64,000 bases of DNA from Zootoca vivipara (Eukaryota): positions 117,676,001 through 117,740,000 of the forward strand of contig NC_083277.1 of assembly GCF_963506605.1 (NCBI RefSeq), in the 5' to 3' direction. Under the pieces are notes generated by a model. The model made no database searches, was not told the DNA's origin, and was given only the letters and a program-made list of their open reading frames with translations. Shown piece after piece: positions 48,408 through 59,201 of the stretch (positions within the stretch are counted from its first letter, which is position 1; every line of letters begins with the position of its first letter). The position numbers were made by a program, and so were the translations under genes.

Positions 48408-51400
48408 AAGTGACGCTCACGCTCCCAAATGGCTATCCATTGACGGTCCTCGCCCTAATTGACAGTGGTGCCTCAGCCAACTTCTTCTCGAGAAACTTTG
48501 CAGAAGAGCACCAGATCCAGCTTCTGCAGCTGGATTTTCCTCTGCACGTGGCAACCATTGACGGCAGAGAGCTGCTGGGAGGGGCCATCACTCATCAAAC
48601 CCCCCCCATGAGAATGACGGTTGGAAGGCACTCAGAGACACTGGCATTCAACGTCACCACCATCTCAGACCCCCCAATCGTTTTGGGCATGAGCTGGCTG
48701 GCGCGCCACGACCCCTCCATAAGTTGGCATCAGAGATGCATCACTTTTGGATCGGACTTTTGCCTGGAACATTGCATGCAGCACCAACCAGGGGAGGGGC
48801 CTCCGATAGCCACGGTGGCCACCATGCACGTCAAAGGGGGTGAGGCGATACCCAAACCATACTGGGACCTGCAGGAGGTCTTCAGTGAAGCGGAGTCCGA
48901 CCACCTGCCCCCACACAGGCCTTTTGACTGCCAGATCAACCTGGTGCCTGGGGCAACTATACCCCCAGCCAAGCTGTACGCCATGTCAGACCAGGAACTG
49001 GAGGATCTGCGCGCTTTTATCGACAAGAACCTCAAGCGGGGGTTCATCAGAGAAAGCAAGGCAGCAGGGGGCAGCCCGGTCTTCTGGGTGGACAAGAAAG
49101 ACACGCAACAGCGCCGTCTTGTGGTGGATTTTAGACGGCTGAATTCGGTGACAGAGCCAGTGGCTTTCCCCATGCCCAGAGTGGATGATCTCCTGACAGC
49201 GGCACGCAGAGGCAAGATTTTCACCAAGCTAGACCTGAGGGGGGCGTACAACTTGATCAGGATCCGGGAAGGCGATGAGTGGAAAACCACGATGTTCACG
49301 CCTCTGGGCTCTTTTGAATATCTGGTGATGCCCTTCGGGTTGCAAGGGGGCTCAGCATGCTTCCAGGCCTTCATGCACCACGTCCTGGGGTCCCTACTCT
49401 TCAGGAAATGCTTGGTCTTTCTGGATGACATCCTTATTTACTCCAACGACCCAGTGCAGCACGTGAAGGACGTCAGGGAGGTGTTACAGCGCCTGAAGGA
49501 GAACCACCTGTATGTGAAGCTGGAGAAGTGCAAGTTTCACACCAAGGAGGTGGACTTCCTGGGCTACAAGCTGTCAGACAAGGGGCTGGCAATGGACAAG
49601 GACAAGGTGCAGACCATCCTGGACTGGCACAGCCCCAGGACGCGCAAAGATGCCCAACGCCTACTAGGCTTTGCCAACTTCTACAGGAAGTTCATCAAGA
49701 ACTTCTCTCGAGTTACGGCTCCCATCACTGACTGCCTGAGAGGCAAGCAGAAGTTCAGGTGGACACCAGAGGCGCAAGCAGCGTTCGAAAGCCTCAAGAG
49801 GGTGTTCGCCTCAGACCAGAACCTGTTCCACGTGGTTCAGGACGCGCCCCTACGCATTGAAACAGATGCTTCTGATAAGGCTGTGGGCGCCATTTTGTTG
49901 CAACTGGACGCCAACAGAGAGTGGAGACCCTGTGCCTTCTTCTCCAGGAAGTTGACCCAGCCCGAGCGAAACTACACAGTTTTTGATCGGGAACTTCTTG
50001 CGATCCACGCGGCGTTCCAGCACTGGAGACACTTCCTGGTGGGCGCCAAGCACCCCATCCAGGTGTGCACAGACCACAAGAACCTGGAGTTCTGGAGAAC
50101 TGCCAGGGTGCTCAACCAGCGGCAGATACGGTGGGCGGAGTTCTTCTCGAACTTCAACTTCTCCATACACTACATCCCAGGAGAGCAGAATGTCAGGGCG
50201 GATGCCCTCTCCCGCAAGCCAGAGTACATGGAGGAGGAGGCGCCACCAGCCCCAAGGCACATTTTTCCCCCGTCGGCATGGTCCTGCGGAGCAGCAGTGG
50301 TGAGCGAGGCAGAACTCACAGCACTGACGGCAGCGGATGAATTTGCCAACCGCATCTTCAGAGAACTGAGAGGGGGGAGGGAGCAGGCAAAAGACTTTGC
50401 AGAACGCAGAGGGCTGCTTTTCTACAAGGGTGCGCTGTACCTACCCACCACCCAGCTTCGACGTACGGTCCTCAAGCAGATGCACGACAACCCTACAGCG
50501 GGGCATTTTGGAAGGGACAAGACCACTCACCTAGTCATGAGACACTTCTGGTGGCCAGGGGTGAGGGAAGATGTTCGAGACTATGTAAGGGGCTGTACCA
50601 CCTGCCAGCGGGCGAAGGTGGTCAGAGCAGCGCCACCAGGGTTGCTGGAGCCCTTAGCCACACCACACAGGCCGTGGGAAGTGGTGTCCATGGACTTCAT
50701 CACAGATCTGCCTTCGTCCAGGGGTAAGACTGCAGTGTTGGTGGTGGTGGACCTCATGTCCAAAATGTGTCACTTTATACCGTGTGCCAGGGCAGTCTCG
50801 GCAGAAGAGACAGCCAAACTGTTTGTTGATCACATTTTCAGACTGCATGGATTACCTTTAAGGGTTATTTCGGATCGTGGCCGCCAATTTGTTTCCAGGT
50901 TCTGGCGGCGGCTCATGAACCTCCTGCAGGTGGAGGTTAGCTTGTCGACGGCTAGACACCCGCAGACCAACGGACAAGCGGAGAGGGTCAACGCCATTCT
51001 GCAGCAGTACCTGAGATGCTACGTCAGCCAGCGGCAAACGGACTGGGTGGATCGCTTGCCACTAGCAGAATTTGCCTACAACAATGCAGTGCACGTCTCC
51101 ACAGGGGTGTCGCCCTTTAAGGCCAATTACGGGCGCGACCTCAGATCTTTCCCAGAGAGGGAGAGGGAGGAGGAGGAGGAGGGCCCACAGGCTGAGGATT
51201 GGGCAGAGGAACTGGAGACGGTGCACCAGCAGCTCAGAGAACACTTGGAGAGGGCCAAGGAAGCGTACAAAAAGGGGGCAGATCGCCACAGGCGACAAGG
51301 GGAGGTCATCAGGGTGGGGGACAAGGTGTGGTTGTCCTCGGAGGGCCTTCCCACCAGAGGGAGGTGCAAAAAGCTGGCACCCAAATGGCTGGGCCCCTTC

Positions 51401-52396
51401 ACGGTCACGCAACAGGTCAACCCGGTGGCATACAGGCTGGCACTGCCAGAGGACATGAGGGTGCATCCAGTGTTTCATAGATCGCTGCTGTCGCCGTACA
51501 GGGAAAGCAGCAGGCTCAGAGACAGCGAACAAACCCCCGAGGGAGGGGGGGAGAGGGAAAGCAGGGAGCAACTCAATGAGGCCACGGCCATCCTGGATTC
51601 AAGGTGGGGGGTGGGGGGCCTGGAGTACCTCATGGCATGGGAGGATGCTCCACCGTCCCAGAATGAATGGGTTCCCGCCACTCAGATACAGGAGGAATTC
51701 TTGGTGGAAGAATTTCACGCCCTCTTTCCCCACAGACCCAAGCCCTGGCACATGGAAAGGGAGGGGGAGGAGGAGGAGGCACGGGAGAACAGCTCACCAT
51801 GGCGCTGGGAAGCGGAGTTTGAGGAACCAGAGGATGAGGTATGGGTGTCGCCAAGATCCACCCAGTCAGAGGAAGGAGCAGATTGGCAAAACATTTTTAC
51901 CCCCACCAGCTCTGACGCCACGGACTTTTTGGGATTCCCGTCCTCCCAGGCGGAAGGGGGGGGCTCGCAGGACTGGGGGGAGGTGTTCACACCAACGGGC
52001 TCGGAGAGCACCGAGTTTTTAGGCTTCCAGTCGTCACCGACACATGGGGGGGGCCTGGGGAGGGGTGAAGGAGAGCTTGGGAGGGGGGTGGATGTGAGGG
52101 ACAGGGGATATCGCGAAGTCCCTCCCCTCCTGAGTTCAAGCCCGTCCCCGAGCAAAGGGGAAAGCAGGGAGAGTTCCGATTCCAGTGGGGAAGCAGGAAG
52201 TCGTGTCCGAGGCTCAGGCAAGGTAGAGGAGCCAGGGTCCCAGGTGGGACAGGAAGGGGCAAGTAAGGGGGGAAGACCCATCCCCCCAACTCCAGAATTA
52301 CGCAGGAAGAGGAGGGGCAAGAGGATGGGTCTGCCAAAGCTTTTGTGTTGGAGAAAGACGCGCCAAAAGCCATTAGGAGGTTCTGAAACCGACTGA
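48272..52396 (+). CDS. retrotransposon Pol (PR-RT-RNaseH-IN-chromodomain-acidic tail), made by -1 frameshift
   Basis: LIDSGA protease, FLDD RT, TDASD RNase H, HHCC and D-D-E integrase, GPF motif, chromodomain; frame open from the GGGAAAC slippery site to the stop at 52396. Confidence 0.95.
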   Translation, partial: GKRESLAAGDKGRQPGTVSRQQPQPTHPHREEQSQPTPPRAGVVLEVTLTLPNGYPLTVLALIDSGASANFFSRNFAEEHQIQLLQLDFPLHVATIDGRELLGGAITHQTPPMRMTVGRHSETLAFNVTTISDPPIVLGMSWLARHDPSISWHQRCITFGSDFCLEHCMQHQPGEGPPIATVATMHVKGGEAIPKPYWDLQEVFSEAESDHLPPHRPFDCQINLVPGATIPPAKLYAMSDQELEDLRAFIDKNLKRGFIRESKAAGGSPVFWVDKKDTQQRRLVVDFRRLNSVTEPVAFPMPRVDDLLTAARRGKIFTKLDLRGAYNLIRIREGDEWKTTMFTPLGSFEYLVMPFGLQGGSACFQAFMHHVLGSLLFRKCLVFLDDILIYSNDPVQHVKDVREVLQRLKENHLYVKLEKCKFHTKEVDFLGYKLSDKGLAMDKDKVQTILDWHSPRTRKDAQRLLGFANFYRKFIKNFSRVTAPITDCLRGKQKFRWTPEAQAAFESLKRVFASDQNLFHVVQDAPLRIETDASDKAVGAILLQLDANREWRPCAFFSRKLTQPERNYTVFDRELLAIHAAFQHWRHFLVGAKHPIQVCTDHKNLEFWRTARVLNQRQIRWAEFFSNFNFSIHYIPGEQNVRADALSRKPEYMEEEAPPAPRHIFPPSAWSCGAAVVSEAELTALTAADEFANRIFRELRGGREQAKDFAERRGLLFYKGALYLPTTQLRRTVLKQMHDNPTAGHFGRDKTTHLVMRHFWWPGVREDVRDYVRGCTTCQRAKVVRAAPPGLLEPLATPHRPWEVVSMDFITDLPSSRGKTAVLVVVDLMSKMCHFIPCARAVSAEETAKLFVDHIFRLHGLPLRVISDRGRQFVSRFWRRLMNLLQVEVSLSTARHPQTNGQAERVNAILQQYLRCYVSQRQTDWVDRLPLAEFAYNNAVHVSTGVSPFKANYGRDLRSFPEREREEEEEGPQAEDWAEELETVHQQLREHLERAKEAYKKGADRHRRQGEVIRVGDKVWLSSEGLPTRGRCKKLAPKWLGPFTVTQQVNPVAYRLALPEDMRVHPVFHRSLLSPYRESSRLRDSEQTPEGGGERESREQLNEATAILDSRWGVGGLEYLMAWEDAPPSQNEWVPATQIQEEFLVEEFHALFPHRPKPWHMEREGEEEEARENSSPWRWEAEFEEPEDEVWVSPRSTQSEEGADWQNIFTPTSSDATDFLGFPSSQAEGGGSQDWGEVFTPTGSESTEFLGFQSSPTHGGGLGRGEGELGRGVDVRDRGYREVPPLLSSSPSPSKGESRESSDSSGEAGSRVRGSGKVEEPGSQVGQEGASKGGRPIPPTPELRRKRRGKRMGLPKLLCWRKTRQKPLGGSETD

Positions 52397-52520
52397 CAAC
52401 ATCGCTCCGTGTAAATAGCAATGACTTGAGCACTGTAAATACGCAGCACCAATAAAAGAATAAAATGCAGAGCTGCGTAGCGTCGTTACTCTGAAGTAGT
52501 CCACTCCGGCCACTGTGACA
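52093..52520 (+). repeat. 3' LTR
   Basis: follows PPT GGGAGGGGGGTGGA; appears identical to the 5' LTR. Confidence 0.97.
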
Positions 52521-52595
52521 ACAGGGAAGTGAAGTTTGCATGCATATCAAAAGCCATGCAGGTCACCTGCCAAATCACTGCCAGACCAACTAATG

Positions 52596-52885
52596 CAGCG
52601 GTCAGCAAACTTTTTCAGGAGGGGGCCAGTCCACAGTCCCTCAGACCTTGTAGGGGGGCCAGACTATATTTTGAAAAAATATATGAACGAATTCCTATGC
52701 CCCACAAATAACCCAGAGATGTATTTTAAATAAAAGGACACATTCTACTCATGTAAAAACACCAGGCAAGCCCCACAAATAACCCAGAAATGCATTTTAA
52801 ATAATGCATCCCGGACCGTCCACGGGCCGGATTAAGAAGGTGATTGGGCCGCATCTGGCCCCCGGGCCTTAGTTTGGGGACCCTG
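52596..52885. mobile_element. hAT MITE
   Basis: inverted relative of 11631-11877; TSD AACTAATG/AAGTAATG. Confidence 0.78.
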
Positions 52886-53189
52886 AAGTAATGCAAGGCT
52901 GCAAGGCTGTCATCATTTAGCTGGAAACAGGTCCATGAAACTCTGCGGGACTCGCACCTTGGGGAAGCATAAAGGGCAACAGATGGCAGAACACGCAGAG
53001 TTTGCAGCCAATTTTCTAAGGTCACATCCACACTGTGTATTAAAAACTTCCCCTACCCCCCGAAATCCCAGGAACTAGAGTTTGTTAAGGGTGCTTGGAA
53101 TTATGGTTCTGTGAGGGGTAAACTACAGCTTCCATGGTTCTTTAGGAGGAAGCCATGTGCTTTATAGCCTGGATGCCAAATGTACTGGC

Positions 53190-53486
53190 AAAATACCCCG
53201 CCCCTCTGGCTGGGTTTCCCCAGCCACTCTGGGCAGCTTCCAACCGAAAATTAAAAATAATACAGCATCAAACATTAAAAACTTCCCTAAACAGGGCCAC
53301 CTTCAGTTGCCTTCTAAAAGTCAGATAGTTTATTTCCTTGACATCTGGTGGGAGGGCGTTCCACAGGGTGGGCGCCACTACCGAGAAGGCCCTCTGCCTG
53401 GTTCCCTGTAACCTCACTTCTTGCAGTGAGGGAACTGCTAGAAGGCCCTCGGCGCTGGACGATGGGGGTGGAGACGCTCCTTCAGG

Positions 53487-53488
<2 letters not shown>
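53190..53488 (-). mobile_element. L2 LINE 3' fragment
   Basis: repeats the 3' end of the adjacent L2 copy. Confidence 0.8.
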
Positions 53489-53531
<43 letters not shown>

Positions 53532-54897
53532 TTATTATTTATACCCTGCCCATCTGGCTGGGTTTCCCCAGCCACTCTGGGCAGCTTCCAACAGAAATAT
53601 TAGAACACACTAATTTCTTAAAGATTAAAAGCTTCCCTAAACAGGGCTGCCTTCAGATGTCCTCTAAAAGTCTGGTACTTGTTTTTCTTTTTGATATCTG
53701 TTGGGAGGGCGTTCCACAGGGCAGGTGCCACTACCGAGAAGGCCCTCTGCCTAGTTCCCTGTAACTTGGCTTCTTGCAGCGAGGGAACCGCCAGAAGGCC
53801 CTCGGCACTGGTCCTCAGTGTTCGGGCAGAGCGATGGAGGTGGAGATGCTCCTGCAGGTATACAGGACCGAGGCCATTTAGGGCTTTAAAGGTCAGCACC
53901 AACACTTTGAATTGTGCTCGGAAACGTACTGGGAGCCAATGCAGGTCTTTCAAGACCGGTGTTATGTGGTCTTGGCGGCTGCTCCCAGTCACCAGTCTAG
54001 CTGCCGCATTCTGGATTAACTGTAGTTTCCGGGTCACCTTCAAAGGTAGCCCCATGTAGAGCGCATTGCAGTAGTCCAAGCGGGAGATAACTAGAGCATG
54101 CACCACTCTGGAAAGACAGTCTGTGGGCAGGTAGGGTCTCAGCCTGCGTACCAGATGGAGCTGGTAGACAGCTGCCCTGGACACAGAATTAACCTGCACC
54201 TCCATGGACAGCTGTGAGTCCAAAATGACTCCCAGGCTGCACACCTGGTCCTTCAGGGGCACAGTTACCCCATTCAGGATCAGGGAGTCCTCCATACCAG
54301 CCCACCCCCTGTCCCCCAAGAACAGTACTTCTGTCTTGTCAGGATTCAACCTCAATCTGTTAGTCGCCATCCATCCTCCAACCGCCTCCAGACACTCACA
54401 CAGGGCCTTCATCGCCTTCACTGGTTCTGATTTGAAACAGAGGTAGAGCTGGGTATCATCCACATATTGATGAACACCCAACCCAAAGCCCCTGATGATC
54501 TCTCCCAGCGGCTTCATGTAGATGTTAAAAAGCATGGGGGAGAGGACGGAACCCTGAGGCACCCCACAAGTGAGGGACCAGGGGTCTGAACACTCATACC
54601 CCAACACCACTTTCTGGACACGGCCCAGGAGAAAGGAGCGGAACCACTGTATAACAGTGTCCCCAGCTCCCAGCCCCTCAAGACGTCCAGAAGGATGTTA
54701 TGGTCGATGGTATCAAAAGCCGCTGAGCGATCCAGCAGAACTAGGAAACAGCTCTCACCTTTGTCCCTAGCCTGCCGGAGATTAACGACCAGCGCGACCA
54801 AGGCAGTTTCAGTCCCATGATGAGGCCTGAATCCCGATTGGAAGGGATCCAAATGGTCCACATCCTCTAGGCGTGCTTGGAGTTGTTCAGAAACCAT
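53489..54897 (-). mobile_element. L2 LINE, 5'-truncated, with RT domain and (TTA)n tail
   Basis: QSGFRPHHGTETAL, AAFDTIDH, GVPQGSVLSP, YVDDTQLY, RLDYCN, LHWLP motifs; one frameshift. Confidence 0.92.
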
Positions 54898-55420
54898 GTT
54901 GTTTCATTTGCTGTTTGGGAACTCAGGAATGGGACGGAAATGTTTCATTTTAATTTAGATGCATGAAGGGAGGCCGGGGTATGGGGGACAGACTTCAGAA
55001 GCAAATCTCACTGTGCTCAATGAGGCTGATGTCTTAGAAATTTTAGGATTGCAGCCTAAGATTCCAGTGACTAAGGACAGAGCCTGTCCTCATCCTTCCC
55101 TGGCTAATAAACCTAAAATAAATTGTAGAAAATAGTGCATTGAATTTACAGAATTTTGTACATTAAGCACATTACTTTAATTTGCCTAATTTATACAGGT
55201 TGCCAAAAAGTCTCTTGCTTGCTGTCCGCTGGATCATTTTGCTCCAGGATTCTGGATATCTGCCTAAAGCCATCCTCTAGCGTTTTTGCACTGACTCTGA
55301 TCTGGCATAGCCTGCTCCTCACATGGGGGAAGGGCAATAGCTCAGTGGCAGAACACTTGCTTTGCATGCAGATACCCAGCAACTACCGGTAGTCTTAAGA
55401 GGGAGGGCAGGCATTTTTAC

Positions 55421-55493
55421 CTTGTAAGGAGTTAGGTCCAAGTATCTCCACAGCAATTTGTCCCGCACCAAGCGACGCCATCGCCTGCAGACC
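55421..55493 (-). CDS. FBXL12: FBXL12 exon 2 (end of F-box)
   Basis: CTGCAG acceptor, GTAAAA donor; VCRRWRRLVRDKLLWRYLDLTPYK. Confidence 0.93.
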
Positions 55494-56575
55494 CTGCAGA
55501 AAGACGAGATTAGCTGAGTCATTGTCAAGGGCCTGAGATGCAGCAGCCAGATTTGATCATCTGGCATCCTGCCATACCTAGGGTTGCCATATTTCAAAAA
55601 GTAAAAATTTGGACAGAAAGGTTGTTGGGCTTTGTTGGTTTTTTTATAGTTTTGCCCAAATCTCGAACAATCGAACCAATTGTAAATTCTTGAACTAATT
55701 TTAAGGGAAATCACCAAAAACAACACTGCTGACATGAGTTGCCATACATCCATATTTTCTCAGTTGTTTCAACGATTTCCACCTGGACGCTGTTTCCAGC
55801 TGTTTCTGATTGCCAGCTATATCCAGGAAATTCCCTAGCCAAATGGTACAGACCCAAGCAGGTGGGCAACTATACTGCTTGAATAATTACATTGCCCGGA
55901 ATTAACTTTCCTGGAATCTGTATAGCAGATGACTGATGCTTGGACTCCTCTTTGCTCTGATGTGGCCTTGAGAGAACAGCAGGGAGAGAGTTTGAAGAAC
56001 GGAGAGGAGGAGGCTTGGAGTTGAGCAGGCAGAAGGTAAAGTGTATTACACTGAAGTTAATAGAGGAATTTAGTTTATAGAGATATTTTTGCACTGATAT
56101 TTTGGCTATGGCTGGGACTAGAAATGAGATTGATCTGAACGTTGTGTGGTTTTTGGAACCGTTAGCCATTTTGAGTTTCTTTTGCAAAATATGAAGTATA
56201 TAAACTTTTAAAATAAAATGGGGGGGGATAAACACATGAATAACCGCCCCATATAATTTCACATTCGATCCTGATGGCATAATATGAACAACTCACTGGG
56301 CAGAGCACGAGACTTCATCTCTGGGTCGTGAGTTCGACTTCTGACTTGCAGGGCGTTGGACTAGCTGACCCTCGCGGCCCCGCCCCCTCCTAGTTCCCGC
56401 AGTCTAACCACAGCGCCCCCGCAGGCGAGCCTGGGCATTGCAGCCCCGCCCTGGCCGAGGAAGCGGCTTGAGAGACGAGGGAGAGCGGCAGCCGCAGGAT
56501 GGACTGAACCACTTTGTGGAAGTGGGGGGGGAGAGAGGAAACCATGAAACCGGAGGAAGGAACGGAAACACCCAC

Positions 56576-56667
56576 CGGGCCCCGCCCAGCCGGTCGCTCG
56601 GCGGCAGGCACTCCAGAATCCGGAGCAGGAGCGAGTCCGGGAGGGCGCAGAGGCCTTGCCGCTCCAT
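56576..56667 (-). CDS. FBXL12: FBXL12 exon 1 (start of F-box)
   Basis: MERQGLCALPDSLLLRILECLPPSDRLGGAR with the F-box LPD..L..I motif; GTGGGT donor, phase 2. Confidence 0.9.
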
Positions 56668-56837
56668 TCCGCCGCCGTTGGTTCCTTCCGTAGGCTGGTC
56701 CGGCCTCGCTTCCGCTTCCTCTCGGAGAGGGTCCGCCGGAAGTAGCTCTCGGTGATTCCTCTTCCGGTGCGTGCGTGTGTCACGCGTTGCTTCCGTTTCC
56801 GCCTGATCTCCGGCTGTCAAGAGTCCGCTGAATTCAG
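56668..56837. promoter_or_regulatory. bidirectional CpG-island promoter FBXL12/UBL5, including UBL5 non-coding exon 1 (donor at 56838)
   Basis: CpG island; ETS-type CCGGAAGT and CTTCCGG sites at ~56736 and 56761; CAG|GTAGGT donor; head-to-head layout as in mammals. Confidence 0.8.
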
Positions 56838-57870
56838 GTAGGTTCGGGGGCGGCAAGCGGGGATACTCCGGGGCCCGAGACACGAGACACGAGACCCGAG
56901 ACCGGGCCGCCTCTGGCCCTGCTGGCTGGGGAAGGTGGGGGCTGGAAGGCAACCCCCGCGGATGCTCTGCACCTGGAAAGAGCTCGGCGCCGCCAGTGCC
57001 GCCTCCGAGACGCGGGCTCTCCCGGGGCCTCCAAGACGCTGCGCTGAGTTGGTCACGTGTCCCGGAATGGCTGCTTAAAAACAAAAGCTTGGTCTGCACA
57101 CATGAGTCTCTTGCGTCGAGGGGCAGAGGCCTCTTTTCTCTGGTGGACATGCATGCAAATGCCAATACCCTGAAAAACCAGCCTTTATTTTGTATGCTTC
57201 CGGTGCGGTTCATTTCCAGCTGTTTGGTATGTCGCTTTAAATGTGCTTGTGGCTGGTGGGGTTATTGTTTCGTTTCGCTAGTTTTTATTATGTTCTCTGT
57301 GGTTTTATTGTGCATTTTTATGCTGTGAACCACCCTGAGATCTTCAGATTAAGGGCGGTATGCAAATTTAATTAATAATAATAATAATACAGTAATAATA
57401 ATTGTTTGGAATCCATCTGAGGATAAATGTACAGAATGTGAATCCATCCCTTTGCTACTCTTAAGCAGTTGGATTGAAATGGTGGTTATTGTGTAACTAT
57501 AAAATATTGGGGGACAACTAGAAGTGGATTACTGTGTTTTATCCCAGTTACGTGCCTTTGACAGTTGTGAAAGACAACATTTCCCATGATGTCAACATTC
57601 TGGTGGGAAAAGTTGTACTGTTAACTCTTTCTTAATTTTCTTTAATCATAAGTATTCCCTGTCAGTTGAGAAAGCATTCCCCCCATTTTCTCTCGATTCT
57701 GCTTTTGAAAACTGTATACCCGACCTGTTTTAGGACCAAGTGGCATAAGACATACACTTTTAAACAAATGAATCATCCTGTCTTTTCTTCCCAACAGAGC
57801 CTCAGAAGGCAGGAGGCCAAAGGTCTCCTTGCTCAGCAGTTTCTTGGGGTTGTTCTGGTACCTGATCGGG

Positions 57871-57926
57871 ATGATTGAAGTGGTTTGCAACGATCGGCTG
57901 GGCAAGAAAGTGAGAGTGAAGTGCAA
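57871..57926 (+). CDS. UBL5: ubiquitin-like protein 5, first coding exon
   Basis: MIEVVCNDRLGKKVRVKC; probable acceptor at 57797; donor GTATCC. Confidence 0.96.
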
Positions 57927-58099
57927 GTATCCAAAGCTCAAAAGAAGTAGCTTCTGCAGGCGGCTGAATGGCACCTTCCTGCCCAATATGCAGCTATTGT
58001 GTTTTATTTGAGGCTCTGGTGTATGAAAAAAGAGGAGGCAAGGTAGTGATCACTTGGGACACGAGCATGGTTTGAATGGAGGTTCCATTTTTTATTGTG

Positions 58100-58583
58100 T
58101 AGCTGTTGTTTAGTCATTTAGTCATGTCCGACTCTTCGTGACCCCATGGACCAGAGCACGCCAGGCACTCCTGTCTTCCACTGCCGCCCACAGTTTGGTC
58201 AAACTCATGTTAGTAGCTTCGAGAACACTGTCCAACCATCTCATCCTCTGTCGTCCCCTTCTCCTTGTGCCCTCAATCTTTCCCAACATCAGGGTCTTTT
58301 CCAGGGAGTCTTCTCTTCTCATGAGGTGACCAAAGTATTGGAGCCTCAGCTTCAGGATCTGTCCTTCCAGTGAGCATTCAGGACTGATTTCCTTCAGAAT
58401 GGATAGGTTCAATCTTCTTGCAGTCCATGGGACTCTCAAGAGTCTCCTCCAGCACCATAATTCAAAAGCATCAATTCTTTGGCGATCAGTCTTCTTTATT
58501 GTCCAGCTCTCACTTCCATACATCACTACTGGGAAAACCATAGCTTTAACTATATGGACCTTTGTCGACAAGGTGATGTCTCT
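58100..58583 (-). mobile_element. RTE-BovB 3' fragment
   Basis: ORF 58122-58571 nearly identical to the BovB at 14.8-15.4 kb. Confidence 0.92.
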
Positions 58584-59066
58584 GCTCCACTATAGCCACA
58601 GTCAGTTCCAAGTCTTGTTTTTGCTGACTGTATAGCGCTTCTCCATCTTTGGCTGCAGAATTGTGTAGCTAGCAAGAAGACATAATAAGATATCTCTTAC
58701 TATGAGTGCAGGGTTTATGGGAGGGGTAATACCTTTGGTTGCGGAACACGTTGTGCTCCTTCTAGGGTAGTTTATTCAGCTTTGGTCTCCACACTGCACT
58801 CAGCTCTCGCCTGTGGCTCCTAGAAACTGTTAGCATGCGGAATCAGCCACACCCCAGGAAACAGCTTAGACTGGCTGGGGAAACCAGGTTAAGGTAGCCA
58901 ACGGGAGAGGCAATGGGTATGTGAAAATGGATGTGAAAAAGTGCAGCTATAAGTACTCAGGCTTCAGCTCACTTGGGATTGAGTATTTAAGATCCCACAG
59001 AAGAGCTGGGGAGTAAAGAGAAAGGGAGAACTGGCACTGTTTAGGGAGAAGGTTTTAGGTCTAAGG

Positions 59067-59201
59067 CAGGCATCCCCAAACTCGGCCCTCCAGGTGTTTT
59101 GGGACTACAACTCCCATCATCCCTGACCACTGGTCCTGTTAGCTAGGGATGATGGAAGTGTAGTCCCGAAACATCTGGAGGGCCGAGTTTTGGGATGCCT
59201 G
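59067..59201. mobile_element. ~135-bp hAT MITE
   Basis: perfect TSD GTCTAAGG; same family as 6687-6822. Confidence 0.88.

Larger units (their letters stand above)
46711..52520 (+). mobile_element. full-length Ty3/Gypsy chromovirus LTR retrotransposon (Tf1/sushi-like)
   Basis: 428-bp TG...CA LTRs, 5-bp TSD ACAGG at 46706-46710 and 52521-52525, intact gag and pol, polypurine tract before the 3' LTR. Confidence 0.97.

Noticed and set aside
51881-51990. WQNI and WGEV as LC3-interacting (LIR) motifs
   Set aside because: The W-x-x-[ILV] pattern is very common and does not explain the conserved FLGF; kept only as an alternative reading
55330-55380. tRNA-like sequence GGGCAATAGCTCAGTGGCAGA
   Set aside because: Truncated SINE head with no T-arm or acceptor stem; no true tRNA gene seen in the window
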